This document shows, in pieces, positions 18,679 to 28,558 of a stretch of 38,322 bases of DNA. Each line of letters starts with the position of its first letter. The stretch's first letter is position 1. The stretch is from Klebsiella phage ST16-OXA48phi5.4. Under the pieces are notes generated by a model that was not told the DNA's origin, did no database searches, and saw nothing but the letters and a program-made list of their open reading frames with translations. Location: sequence record MK416015.1, one strand, 5' to 3'. The translations under genes and the position numbers were made by a program.

Positions 18679-19194
18679 ATGAGTTTTATCGCACAGCGCC
18701 CCGTCAGACCTGCTGAAAGTGATGTGACAGACGTGGACGACGGCGGCGCACAGATTGCCATCGACACTTTCTGGCCGACGGTAAAACTCCACGATCTGCG
18801 CCTGGCTGCCCGCATCGCCGGTGACATTACAACATCCCGATTAATGCATATGGCAACGGAGGCCGCGCTGCATGTCGCGGATCAGTTGAAGGACTGGCGC
18901 AAGCAAAGGGAAGCGGAAGGTGCGGAATCTCTGGCCTCTGTGCTGCTGACTTCTGTCGGTGAACCTGTCGAGCAGATTAATGGCGAAAGCGCAAAAGTTT
19001 ACCGCTTCCGGCGTGCGGTCTACTCCTTCACGCGCGCCAGTGTTCTGGAGGGTTACAGGGATGTTGGCACCACGCCAAAAGGTGACAAAGACGCCGAAGC
19101 CCTGGACAGGCAAATAGATGATCTCTGGCGGGACGGACGCTGGAGTATCGCTGACATTCGGGAAGAAGCCCGTATCTATGCGGAACTGTTCTGA
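18679..19194 (+). CDS. L: head completion protein gpL
   Basis: 171 aa, position. Confidence 0.85.
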   Translation: MSFIAQRPVRPAESDVTDVDDGGAQIAIDTFWPTVKLHDLRLAARIAGDITTSRLMHMATEAALHVADQLKDWRKQREAEGAESLASVLLTSVGEPVEQINGESAKVYRFRRAVYSFTRASVLEGYRDVGTTPKGDKDAEALDRQIDDLWRDGRWSIADIREEARIYAELF

Positions 19195-19394
19195 TGAAAG
19201 TCAGGGCGTTGCAAAACGACACGGTTGATCAGCTCTGCTGGCGTCATTACGGCAAAACCGCAGGTGTCACGGAGAAGGTGCTCGAAGCCAATCCGGGACT
19301 GAGCAACCAGATATTTTTGAATGCCGGGCAGGAGATCGAAATGCCCGTGATAACCAGCGAGGTGGAACGGGTAACCGTCCAGTTATGGGAATGA
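19194..19394 (+). CDS. X: tail protein gpX
   Basis: 66 aa, position, overlapping stops/starts. Confidence 0.8.
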   Translation: MKVRALQNDTVDQLCWRHYGKTAGVTEKVLEANPGLSNQIFLNAGQEIEMPVITSEVERVTVQLWE

Positions 19395-19669
19395 CTCTGG
19401 ATCGTATTAACGAATATTTTGCGTTTGCAACATCCGCCCTGGTGACCGGCGTGGGCGTGATGACCGTCAGCGAAAAGCTGGCGCTGGCTGGACTTCTTCT
19501 GGGGATTGTTTCCGCCGTCCGGCTGGCGATTCACCGCCGCCGCATTGAGCAGGCCAGCCAGCGCCGTAACGATTTGATCGAGCAGATTCTCCGCCAGGCG
19601 GAAACCCGCAATCTGTCGGACCGCGAGCGGCAGTTGCTGGAGCAACTGCACGGAGACAAACCTGCATGA
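19385..19669 (+). CDS. Y: holin (two predicted TMDs, possibly pinholin-like given SAR endolysin)
   Basis: 94 aa, two hydrophobic stretches then charged C-terminus; precedes endolysin. Confidence 0.8.
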   Translation: MGMTLDRINEYFAFATSALVTGVGVMTVSEKLALAGLLLGIVSAVRLAIHRRRIEQASQRRNDLIEQILRQAETRNLSDRERQLLEQLHGDKPA

Positions 19670-20211
19670 AGAACATCATCAAAAAATGTTCGATTGCGGT
19701 GATTGTGGCTCTGGGCATTTCGCTGGCGCCCGGGAGCGTCAGAACGTCGAAAGAAGGGCAGCAGAAAATTGCAGGTTGGGAAGACTGCCGCAGCACGCCT
19801 TATTACTGCACGGCGGGTGCTCTGACCATTGGTATCGGCTCCACGGGCGGCGTGGAAAACCGCGAATACAGCAACCAGGAAATAGCGCGACGCTGGATCA
19901 ATGATCTGCAACGGGCAGAAAACTGTATTAATAACAATTTTCACGGCGCCGACATGCCTCAGCTCACCTTTGAGGCCATGACTGATGCCGCCCTGAATCT
20001 GGGCTGCACCGGGCTGATGTGGTTCACCGATAAAAACGGACGCAAGCAGAGGACCACGATCTGGAAGCATGCCCAGGCCAGACAATGGCCGCAGATGTGC
20101 AACAGGCTGACTGATTTCGTCAATGTGGGCGGTAAGCGCTCCGCCGGCCTGGTTAACCGGCGCAATGATTTTAAAGCCTGGTGCCTGCTGGGCCTGAGTA
20201 CGCCGTCATGA
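19666..20211 (+). CDS. K: SAR endolysin, T4-lysozyme/GH24 family (P1 Lyz / P21 R21-like) with N-terminal signal-anchor-release segment
   Basis: N-terminal KKCSIAVIVALGISLAPGSVRT hydrophobic SAR; E..CRSTPYYCTAGALTIGIG catalytic region matches P1 Lyz. Confidence 0.88.
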   Translation: MKNIIKKCSIAVIVALGISLAPGSVRTSKEGQQKIAGWEDCRSTPYYCTAGALTIGIGSTGGVENREYSNQEIARRWINDLQRAENCINNNFHGADMPQLTFEAMTDAALNLGCTGLMWFTDKNGRKQRTTIWKHAQARQWPQMCNRLTDFVNVGGKRSAGLVNRRNDFKAWCLLGLSTPS

Positions 20212-20552
20212 GGGCGGGCAGTGTGATTGTGATGCTTGTCCTTCTGGCTGCTGTCTGGTGGCAGACCGACCAGCTGAGCGAGGCCAGGACCCGCAACAAG
20301 TTGCTGACCGAAACGGCGACCGGTTACGACCAGGTTATTCAGGAAGTGAAGGCGACCGCCATACAAACCCATAAGTTACTGGCAGAGGTAAAAGTCCGTG
20401 AGCAACAGCGTAATGCAGAAGGGGAGCGACGACGTGAAGCAATGCAGACCGCGTTCAATGGTGACACGTGCGCTGTTACTCCTGTGCCTGACGCTGTCAG
20501 CCGCAGCCTGCAAAAACGCACCGCCCGCGCCGATCATTCAACAGGTCCGTGA
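20208..20552 (+). CDS. lysB: i-spanin (Rz/LysB-like; N-terminal TMD plus coiled coil)
   Basis: TM segment VIVMLVLLAAVWW, charged helical remainder; overlaps endolysin end. Confidence 0.75.
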   Translation: MRAGSVIVMLVLLAAVWWQTDQLSEARTRNKLLTETATGYDQVIQEVKATAIQTHKLLAEVKVREQQRNAEGERRREAMQTAFNGDTCAVTPVPDAVSRSLQKRTARADHSTGP

Positions 20553-20733
20553 ACCCGTCCCGGAGAGCCTGACCGAAGAGACGCCACGCCCGGCGCTGGA
20601 TAAGCCAGTGACCTGGGGCGCGGTGGCGATATTCAGCGACAGGCTGATGGATGCGCTTGATGCCTGCAATGCTGACAAAGCGGCGATCCGCCAGTGGGAC
20701 AGTCTGCGCCAGAACACCCGAAAGGAGCCATAA
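20458..20733 (+). CDS. lysC: o-spanin lipoprotein (Rz1/LysC-like), +1-frame overlapped with i-spanin
   Basis: signal peptide with lipobox LSAAAC, Pro-rich mature part; embedded/overlapping arrangement. Confidence 0.75.
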   Translation: MVTRALLLLCLTLSAAACKNAPPAPIIQQVREPVPESLTEETPRPALDKPVTWGAVAIFSDRLMDALDACNADKAAIRQWDSLRQNTRKEP

Positions 20734-21201
20734 ATGCTGAAGATAAACACACTCCGCGCCGCCATAGAGAAAGCAAACACCTGGTGCCGGGCGAACCCGG
20801 AAGCCTGGACGGTGTTTGTTGAAGAGGGTGGCATTGAAACGACCGGTGAAACGCCGTCTTTCATGTACCGCTATTCTCTGGTGCTGTTCGTCATGAACTA
20901 CGCCGGGAGCATTGACGACTTCACGCTGCCACTGATGGCCTGGCTCTGGTTTAATCAGCCCGATCTGCTGCTGAACCCGGATAAAAACCAGCAGATTAAA
21001 TTCACCACGTTGATTAACAGCGATGACACCGCCGATCTTATGTTTGAGCTGCCGGTGCGTCAGCGGGTACTGGTGCAGCTGGATGAAAACGGGGTGCCGT
21101 ATGCCGTGCATTTGCCGGAGCCGCGCCCGCGCGTGCTGGCACCCCACGCCGCAGGCTGGGGGCTGGTATTTGAAGGCATGCTTCAGGAGGCCGGAGCGTG
21201 A
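20734..21201 (+). CDS. R: tail completion protein gpR
   Basis: 155 aa equal to P2 R, position. Confidence 0.85.
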   Translation: MLKINTLRAAIEKANTWCRANPEAWTVFVEEGGIETTGETPSFMYRYSLVLFVMNYAGSIDDFTLPLMAWLWFNQPDLLLNPDKNQQIKFTTLINSDDTADLMFELPVRQRVLVQLDENGVPYAVHLPEPRPRVLAPHAAGWGLVFEGMLQEAGA

Positions 21202-21833
21202 GCGATCGCATGTTCAGCGAGCTGGATCAAGTCTTTCAGGACATCCTCGACGGCGTCAGCCCGGCGGGGCGCACCCGTACCGCGCGCAAAATTGGTCTGG
21301 CACTGCGTCGCAGTCAGCAGCGCCGTATCGCGTCACAGAAAAACCCGGACGGCAGCGGCTATGCCGTGCGCCGCCGTAAGGTTTACCGCACCCAGCAGGG
21401 GATCAAGTTCTTCTGGAATAACGAGGTGCGGGCGCTGAAAAACTGGCGCGGCGGGCGCGGTAAATATGGCCGGACAATCACTGGTTTTGACGAGAAGCGC
21501 CGGGATATCCGCACCTTCTACCGGGCCGATATCGAGCGGTATCTGGAAATCAAAACGCAATCAGCTACGCATTCAGAGACAAAAAAAGCACCGATGTTTA
21601 CCCGCCTGCGCACCCTGCGTTTTATGAAGCTCAGGCCGGACGCGGGCGGCGTCACCGTAGGATTTGACGGCATCGCTGCGCGCATTGCCCGTATTCACCA
21701 GTACGGCCTCAAAGACGAGGTTGGTCCGGGCGCTTACGCGCAGTACCCGGCGCGTGAACTACTGGGCATAACTCCGGCAGACCTGAGCGCTACGGAAAAC
21801 GCCGTTATCAGCAGTCTGGGCGGTGCGTCATGA
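21198..21833 (+). CDS. S: tail completion protein gpS
   Basis: position between R and V. Confidence 0.8.
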   Translation: MSDRMFSELDQVFQDILDGVSPAGRTRTARKIGLALRRSQQRRIASQKNPDGSGYAVRRRKVYRTQQGIKFFWNNEVRALKNWRGGRGKYGRTITGFDEKRRDIRTFYRADIERYLEIKTQSATHSETKKAPMFTRLRTLRFMKLRPDAGGVTVGFDGIAARIARIHQYGLKDEVGPGAYAQYPARELLGITPADLSATENAVISSLGGAS

Positions 21834-22417
21834 ATGCTGAGCTGATGCGCCTGCTGGAAAACATTCTGCGCCTGGGCGTCGTGGAACAAATCAGCGCCGA
21901 CAAGAAAGCGGTGCGCGTTCGCTCCGGCAGGTTGCTGACCACCTGGATCCGCTGGAACGTCACCCGCGCAGGGGCATTCAGCATCTGGCTGCCGCCCTCG
22001 ATAGGGGAGCAGGTCTGGATCGGTTGTCCGGGCGGCAACCCTGAAAACGCGTTTGTGATTGGCTCTGCATACAGCGCAGATAATCCGCCAACGGGCAGCA
22101 ACCTGCTGGAAATCAGCATCACCGCACCGGATGGCGCGCGCCTGCATTACGACGCCGCCGCCGATGCCGGAGCACTGTCCGTGACCGGTATTAAAACCGC
22201 GCATATCCAGGCAGAGACCCGCGTCACGCTGGACACACCGGAGGTGGAATGCACGGAACACCTCAAAACGCGCACTTTCGAACTGACCCACGGCGGCACG
22301 ATGGCCGGTGATGTGTTCCATTCCGGCGGCGTGTTGCAGTCAAACGGGATCACCGTACATGAACATAAACACGGTGGCGTGCAGTCTGGCGGGAGTACCA
22401 CGGGAGGTCCGCAATGA
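21830..22417 (+). CDS. V: baseplate spike/assembly protein gpV
   Basis: 195 aa, position. Confidence 0.85.
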   Translation: MNAELMRLLENILRLGVVEQISADKKAVRVRSGRLLTTWIRWNVTRAGAFSIWLPPSIGEQVWIGCPGGNPENAFVIGSAYSADNPPTGSNLLEISITAPDGARLHYDAAADAGALSVTGIKTAHIQAETRVTLDTPEVECTEHLKTRTFELTHGGTMAGDVFHSGGVLQSNGITVHEHKHGGVQSGGSTTGGPQ

Positions 22418-22764
22418 CAGCCAGTTATACCGGGATGAACCCGGAGGGCACCGGCGCGCTGACCGATCACGATCAGCTCTGGCAGTCCGTGACAAAAATC
22501 CTCACCACGCCAACAGGCTCCCGTGTGATGCGCCGGGACTTTGGCTGTGTGGTACCTGATTTACTCGATGCGCCACAGAACACCGTCACCCGCATGCAAC
22601 TGATGGGCGCCACCGCTATTGCGCTGGCGCAGTGGGAGCCGCGGATCAGTCTGACCACCGTCAATGTGGTGTTTTCAGAAACAGGCGCGGTGACTGCTGA
22701 ACTGACCGGCACTATCACGGAAACCATGACAGAAACCAGTAACACCATCAGGCTAAGGAGCTAG
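22414..22764 (+). CDS. W: baseplate wedge protein gpW (gp25-like)
   Basis: 116 aa, position. Confidence 0.85.
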   Translation: MTASYTGMNPEGTGALTDHDQLWQSVTKILTTPTGSRVMRRDFGCVVPDLLDAPQNTVTRMQLMGATAIALAQWEPRISLTTVNVVFSETGAVTAELTGTITETMTETSNTIRLRS

Positions 22765-22765
22765 T

Positions 22766-23689
22766 GTGCAAACGTCCGTCGATTTATCTCAGATCCCACA
22801 GCCTGATATCGTCGAGGTGCCCGATTTTGAAACGGTGCTGGCTGATATCCGGGCGCTTATCGTGGCGGCCATGCCTGTGGAACTTCAGGCTTCTGTGTCT
22901 GCTGCGCTGCTGCTGGAATCTGAACCGATGGCGGCACTGGCCCAAGCCTTCACCTATCGCGAGATCCATCTGCTGCAACGTATCAATGAAGCCGTGCGCG
23001 CGGTGCTGCTTTCGAGCGCCTTGGGGGCGGATCTCGATCAGATCGCCGGGAATTTTGACACTGAACGCCTGCTGATTACCGAAGCCACCGACGAGGCGGA
23101 CGCAGTATATGAAAGCGACGAAGAGCTGCGCGGCCGCACGCTGCTCTCATGGGCTCGCCTTAGCACGGCGGGCGCCAGAAATGCCTATCACTATTTTGCG
23201 CGAGGTGCGGATGCGGATGTGCTCGATGTGCGCGCCTATGGCCCTGAAACCCATAACCAGGAAGGACGCGTTTTTCTCTACGTGCTGTCACGTACCGGAG
23301 ATGGGACTGCCCCGCAGGCGCTGCTTGATAAAGTCCTGTCAGCGGTAAACCCGGAAGATGTGCGTCCGATTACGGATTATGTGGCTGATTATGTCCGCTC
23401 CGCTGTGATTGTGAATTATCAGGTGGTTGCTGACATTTACGTCCCTTACGGCGTGGACACCGCCACGGTGCTGGAAAAAGCCACCGCAGCACTGAACGAA
23501 TACACCGCCTCTGTGCATCTCATCAACGCCACAGCTGCACGGTCGGGCATAGACGGGGCGCTGCATCAGGACGGCGTTGTTACCGTCGATTTGCATTCAC
23601 CGGCCGCCGACGTCGTTGCGACGATGGGCGAAGCGCCTCATTGCACCTCTGTGAAAATCAATCTTGTGGTGATGGACTATGACCGCTAA
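22766..23689 (+). CDS. J: baseplate wedge protein gpJ (GTG start after AGGAG)
   Basis: 307 aa, position. Confidence 0.85.
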   Translation: MQTSVDLSQIPQPDIVEVPDFETVLADIRALIVAAMPVELQASVSAALLLESEPMAALAQAFTYREIHLLQRINEAVRAVLLSSALGADLDQIAGNFDTERLLITEATDEADAVYESDEELRGRTLLSWARLSTAGARNAYHYFARGADADVLDVRAYGPETHNQEGRVFLYVLSRTGDGTAPQALLDKVLSAVNPEDVRPITDYVADYVRSAVIVNYQVVADIYVPYGVDTATVLEKATAALNEYTASVHLINATAARSGIDGALHQDGVVTVDLHSPAADVVATMGEAPHCTSVKINLVVMDYDR

Positions 23690-26600
23690 TTATCCCGCCA
23701 GCATTCTGCCACCCAACGCCACCGCCGTGGAGCGGGCCATAGACAGGGCCAGCGCCGCCGCACTGGAGAGGTTGCCGGTATATCTGATCCGTTGGGTTAA
23801 AGATCCGGACAGTTGCCCGCTGGCGCTGCTGCCGTGGCTGGCGTGGGAATATCAGGTTGATACCTGGAATATTAACTGGTCAGAACAAAAGAAACGCGAT
23901 GCGATCAAGCGCGCCCACTACATCCACCGCCATCGTGGTACAGTCGCCGCCGTCCGTCATGCCCTGGTGGACAGTCCTTTCGGGACGGATATTGTTGAAT
24001 GGTTCAATCAGAACCCGAAAGGGGATCCGTATACCTTTCGCCTGAATGTGTATCAGAACGATTTGCCGGTGACGGAATACGACCAGCAGGATCTAAAACT
24101 GGCGGTGCTGCGCGCCAGGAATCTGCGCAGCTGGTTTTCCGTTCATGTATTTGGCCGACTTCATGGAACCTCGTATGCGGCCGGTTACATGTACGCCACG
24201 GAGAAAATCACGCCGCGCTTTGTCCCGTTGCAGGTGGTTTTATCCCGCTACGAGCTGAATCTGGCCCCCGGGGACGCGGAAACGGTCACGGTGACAATTC
24301 TCCCCGAATACGCGGAAGATAAAACCTTTACGGTAACTACATCGGATCAAACAATCGCGACCGCCCGGATAGTAAACGGCGATATTCTGGTTACGGGCAT
24401 GAAGCGAGGTACCTGTTCGGTCACCGTTACGACGACTAATGGCGTCAGTGCGGTGATCAGCATAAAAGTGGTCGCGGTAATGAAGTTCATTACCCGCATC
24501 GACAGTGCAACCAGGCCAATATTCTTTGCTCATATGGACGAGGGTTTCACGGTTGACTATGGCGACGGCATTGACAGCCGGGACTACCGTTTCGATCCCG
24601 CCAGTGAAGCTTCAGGTTGGGTTATTCCTACACGTGAATTAGTACAGGGAAAGGAATACACCATCACGGTTAAGAACACGGAAACCGCCTGTCTGCGCAG
24701 CCGTTTATCTAACTATTCTTCGAAACTGAACCCTGTTGTGGAATTGATTAGTGTTACAGGGGAAAGAGGTCATCTTTCAGGGTTCGCTTTGGATACCACC
24801 GGATTAATGGCTATTCGTCCCGGAGCATTTGACGATTTGCCAAACGTGAATAACTGCAAAAATATTTTTACCAACTGCTCGTCGCTTGCAGGTATTCCGG
24901 CATCGTTGTTTTCTCGCATGAAGATAGAGGATTTTTCAGACGCATTCAGAGGGTGTACATCGCTTACTGAGGTTCCATCGGGGCTATTTGCAAACCAGCC
25001 TGATGCGATCGACTTCTCATCGGTATTTGCAGGCTGCACCGGCCTGATCAGTATCGGCAATAATCTGTTCCACAGCTGTGTATCTGCGGTGAATTTCAGT
25101 TACGCGTTTGATGGTTGCTCAATGCTTGCAAATATCGGCACGGGAATATTTACAGGATGCGGTTCAGCAGGGACATTCTCTTATAGCTTCAGGGCGTGTA
25201 AAAATCTTCTTGTCTTGCCTGCTGATATGTTTGCGGATGTTCCGGGCGGCGCATTCACCGGCGTATTCCAGAATTGCATGGCACTGACGGCAATTCCCGC
25301 CAACCTGTTTAAAACATGTTCTGAAGCGAATCATTTTGGCGGTGCATTCTCTGGCTGTTCGCAGCTTCTTTCTGTTCCTGCCGGTCTGTTTGCAGGTCTG
25401 TCGAAAGTCACCTATTTCGGGACAGTCTTTTCTGGTTGCAGTTCGCTGAAAACGGTCGGCGCGGGTTTATTTGCCGGGTGCAGCCAGGCGCAGACATTCG
25501 CCTCTGCATTTTACAGCTGCCGCTCTCTTGAAACTGTAGCGAAAGATATTTTCAGCGGCTGCGTAGAGGTGACGACCTTTGCCAGTACGTTTTATGGGTG
25601 CAGCAGCCTGACGGCGCTCCCGTCTTTTACTGACTGCGCGAAAGTCACCACTTTCTCATACGCTTTTGCTAACTGTGGATCGCTCACGAAAATTGATGCA
25701 GATGCTTTTGCTGTTAAAGCGCTGGTCACGACATTCACATACGCTTTTGTAAACTGTACTTCGCTGGTTTCTGTGGAGGACGGTGCATTTCGGGGATGTA
25801 GCGCGTTAACCAGCTTGGGCTATACGTTTTCAGGTTGCCGCTCTCTGGTTTCTCTCGCGGGAGATATGTTTGCCGGTTGCGCCAAAGTGACAGCCGTCGA
25901 TTTCTTATTCGACAAGTGCTCCGCGCTGGTTGAACTGCCAAAAGAGCTATTCAGCGACATGGTGTCCTTGAAAGGCATGGGATCGACTTTCCGGGATTGT
26001 ACTGCACTCATCTCGCTACCATCCGGCCTGCTTGATGGTTGCATCAATCTCACTTCGTTAACGCTGACATTCTCGGGCTGCACCTCACTGGCGTTATTGC
26101 CTGGCGATTTGCTGAAAAACAACATTCTTCTGTCCGGCGCCGGATCGACGTTTTACGGTTGCACCTCACTGGTAAATATTCCGCCGACGCTGTTCGCGTC
26201 CTGCTCTCTTATTACCTCGTTTGGCGCCACGTTCCAGAATACCGGCGTGGAGGAAATACCGGAAAACCTGTTCAGCGGCAACCCGCTGGTGACCTCTTAC
26301 GGCCAGACTTTCAGGGGCTGTAAAAACCTGCGCTCAGTGCCAGCCGGTCTTTTTGCCGCCAGCATAAGTGCCACGGTATTCACGAATGTCTTTTCGGAAT
26401 GCAGTGCGCTGGAAGTCGTCGGGGCGGGATTACTCAACACCACGGCGGTAACGACGGTGGGTTATCTGTTTGACGGCTGCGCGTCATTACACAGCGACGT
26501 TAACACGATATTTAATCTTGCGAGTTACCCGGAGATTGTCACCACAACGGCAATATTCAGGAGCTGCGTATTACTCGCCGGCAAAGGCCTGGTATTTATG

Positions 26601-26705
26601 GGCAAAGTGCCGAACGTCACCGCGCACTATTACGCGTTTTATGCCTGTGCGGGCCTGGACGATTACGACGATTTACCCGGCAACTGGATAACGAACAAAC
26701 TATGA
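23679..26705 (+). CDS. I: baseplate protein gpI fused in-frame to a bacterial Ig-like (BIG2-type) domain and ~24 BspA-type leucine-rich repeats (1008 aa)
   Basis: first ~180 aa match P2 gpI (CP.ALLPWLAWEY.VD.W...KR.AI..A..IHRH.GT); residues ~195-265 Ig-like; residues ~395-950 tandem ~23-aa F..C..L..IP..LF..... repeats. Confidence 0.8.
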   Translation: MTANYPASILPPNATAVERAIDRASAAALERLPVYLIRWVKDPDSCPLALLPWLAWEYQVDTWNINWSEQKKRDAIKRAHYIHRHRGTVAAVRHALVDSPFGTDIVEWFNQNPKGDPYTFRLNVYQNDLPVTEYDQQDLKLAVLRARNLRSWFSVHVFGRLHGTSYAAGYMYATEKITPRFVPLQVVLSRYELNLAPGDAETVTVTILPEYAEDKTFTVTTSDQTIATARIVNGDILVTGMKRGTCSVTVTTTNGVSAVISIKVVAVMKFITRIDSATRPIFFAHMDEGFTVDYGDGIDSRDYRFDPASEASGWVIPTRELVQGKEYTITVKNTETACLRSRLSNYSSKLNPVVELISVTGERGHLSGFALDTTGLMAIRPGAFDDLPNVNNCKNIFTNCSSLAGIPASLFSRMKIEDFSDAFRGCTSLTEVPSGLFANQPDAIDFSSVFAGCTGLISIGNNLFHSCVSAVNFSYAFDGCSMLANIGTGIFTGCGSAGTFSYSFRACKNLLVLPADMFADVPGGAFTGVFQNCMALTAIPANLFKTCSEANHFGGAFSGCSQLLSVPAGLFAGLSKVTYFGTVFSGCSSLKTVGAGLFAGCSQAQTFASAFYSCRSLETVAKDIFSGCVEVTTFASTFYGCSSLTALPSFTDCAKVTTFSYAFANCGSLTKIDADAFAVKALVTTFTYAFVNCTSLVSVEDGAFRGCSALTSLGYTFSGCRSLVSLAGDMFAGCAKVTAVDFLFDKCSALVELPKELFSDMVSLKGMGSTFRDCTALISLPSGLLDGCINLTSLTLTFSGCTSLALLPGDLLKNNILLSGAGSTFYGCTSLVNIPPTLFASCSLITSFGATFQNTGVEEIPENLFSGNPLVTSYGQTFRGCKNLRSVPAGLFAASISATVFTNVFSECSALEVVGAGLLNTTAVTTVGYLFDGCASLHSDVNTIFNLASYPEIVTTTAIFRSCVLLAGKGLVFMGKVPNVTAHYYAFYACAGLDDYDDLPGNWITNKL

Positions 26706-26914
26706 AAACATTCAATCAATTAAAAAGCCTGATCGACTTTTGTCAGACCGATGCGTTTTTCCTGGAACACCTGAACCGACTTCAGATCGCTGGCGTGATT
26801 TATCTTGATGAAGGCGATATCGATGCTGACCACAAGACCGTGAGTGATGATTTTTATGATCGACTTGCCAGCGTGTACGGCATTGAGCCAGAAATAAAAA
26901 GTGAGGAGGCATAA
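26702..26914 (+). CDS. small acidic protein (70 aa), translationally coupled between gpI-LRR and gpH
   Basis: ATGA overlap with upstream stop and TAATG overlap with H start. Confidence 0.55.
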   Translation: MKTFNQLKSLIDFCQTDAFFLEHLNRLQIAGVIYLDEGDIDADHKTVSDDFYDRLASVYGIEPEIKSEEA

Positions 26915-28011
26915 TGGCCACGGGACTGACACTAACCACGGCGGGCGCCGCCGAAATCGAGGCCGCGTATCAGGCGGGGGAGGTTGTGCATATTACCTCC
27001 GTGCTGATCGGCGATGGTGGCGGCGTGACATTGCCGGCTGATCCCGATGAGCTGGCGGCGGTGACGGCGCTTTTTGGACAGTTTGGCCGTGAAACCTTTG
27101 ACTCTGATTCAAGCTATGAGGGGTTTATCAGCGGGCAGATCGTTATCAACTGCCAGGATTATCCGGGTAAAACGCTCAGAGAAGCGGGGCTGGTCAGCGC
27201 TAAGGGTACGCTCATCGCTTACGGCACATACCCGGCGACATACCTCCCGGCGCAATCGGATTCCATTATTAAAGAGATCATGCTGACGCTGGTGTTGACG
27301 CTGACGCACAGCTCAAACGTGCAGCTTGTTATCGATCCGGCGCTTGCCACACTCACGCAGGAAACAGGTGATAAACGCTATCTGCGGCGAGCACAAAATC
27401 TTTCTGATTTAAACGATCCCAAAGAGGCCAGGGATAATCTTGAACTGGGTAACTCAGCTACGCGGGACGTGGGCACCGAGACGGGAATGGTAGCTGCGGG
27501 GGATGACTCGCGCATAACCGGCGCACTTCAGAAAGAAAATAATCTTTCCGATCTGAGCGATACATCCGAAGCCCTGAAGGCGCTGGGACTCAACAGCGAC
27601 GGAGCGGCTTATAGGGCTATTGTTGACGCTATTTTTTACGTTGGGATCATCATTTCAGGTGAAAAAAGCCCAGCAGAGCGTTTCCCTTGGCAGACGTGGA
27701 CGGATTTAAGCGAAACCTTTGCTGATAGGGTTGTCAGGATTGGTTCTCAGTATGGTGTGACCGGCGGCAGCAACAAGGTGAAGCTTGAAGCCGATAATTT
27801 GCCTCCACACTGGCACCGTTCTGGTGATAGGTCTCCGGGAGCAACTTGGGATCCCAGTGCCACTCACGGAACAGATAACCAGAAAAGTGGTCCGCTAGCG
27901 CTCACTGAAGGAACCTACATCGATGCGGCAGGTCTGAAGGCGTCCGTAAACAAGGATTTTGATGTGACTAACGAATATACAACGTTGTGTATGTGGAAGC
28001 GAAAGGCATAA
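26914..28011 (+). CDS. H: tail fibre protein gpH (short form, 365 aa) with C-terminal tail-collar-like domain
   Basis: N-terminus TTAGAA...ITSVLIGDGGG matches conserved P2 gpH N-terminal domain; C-terminal LPPHWH ... TLCMWKRKA resembles tail-collar domain motif. Confidence 0.82.
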   Translation: MATGLTLTTAGAAEIEAAYQAGEVVHITSVLIGDGGGVTLPADPDELAAVTALFGQFGRETFDSDSSYEGFISGQIVINCQDYPGKTLREAGLVSAKGTLIAYGTYPATYLPAQSDSIIKEIMLTLVLTLTHSSNVQLVIDPALATLTQETGDKRYLRRAQNLSDLNDPKEARDNLELGNSATRDVGTETGMVAAGDDSRITGALQKENNLSDLSDTSEALKALGLNSDGAAYRAIVDAIFYVGIIISGEKSPAERFPWQTWTDLSETFADRVVRIGSQYGVTGGSNKVKLEADNLPPHWHRSGDRSPGATWDPSATHGTDNQKSGPLALTEGTYIDAAGLKASVNKDFDVTNEYTTLCMWKRKA

Positions 28012-28503
28012 AAAATGTGTGTTTGTTCAGAGTTGCTCCTTCATAAAATAAGAAATGAGTAGTGGTGGATATGAAAATCTAATAGCCTGTAAAGCGTATC
28101 CTCAATTATCCGTAGATGAACAATTATTCTTAAGGTGGCCTCGCTGGCTTTGATGCTGTGGTCAAAAGAACATAGATTGATGCTGAAGTTTGTTAAATGT
28201 GGAGAAGCTCACACGGCGTTTTTTAATCAATTTATTTAAACGCACAGATCTGGTGAAATACAGTTTTTAAGTTATGAAATGGCTTGATTTAAATTTTGAT
28301 AAATGAGTTCTTTCTGATTGGGTTTAATAATCATTGATTAAATTAATAAGCATTTCAACAGTAATGGCTGAAGTCTCAAAAATGGATTTCCAAGATTTTT
28401 GTGAAAGGAAGGTTTAGATGCTTACATTGTCATTTTAAACCTGAGTGGTTTCTAAATATTAAGGTGGGTTAAAGCATTTTAATGAATTTTAGATGTATTA
28501 AGA

Positions 28504-28544
28504 GGGAGGTGAATTAAAAGATGCTGTTTATACATATATTTTGA
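28504..28544 (+). other. 7-codon mini-ORF (MLFIHIF) with strong SD GGGAGGTG, upstream of the DUF262 gene
   Basis: read directly; possible leader peptide, speculative. Confidence 0.2.
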
Positions 28545-28558
28545 AATGGATTTTTTTG

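Noticed and set aside
24800-26600. Diversity-generating retroelement target (variable repeat) in the LRR/C-terminal region
   Set aside because: There is no reverse transcriptase gene, template repeat or C-type lectin fold signature anywhere in the window.
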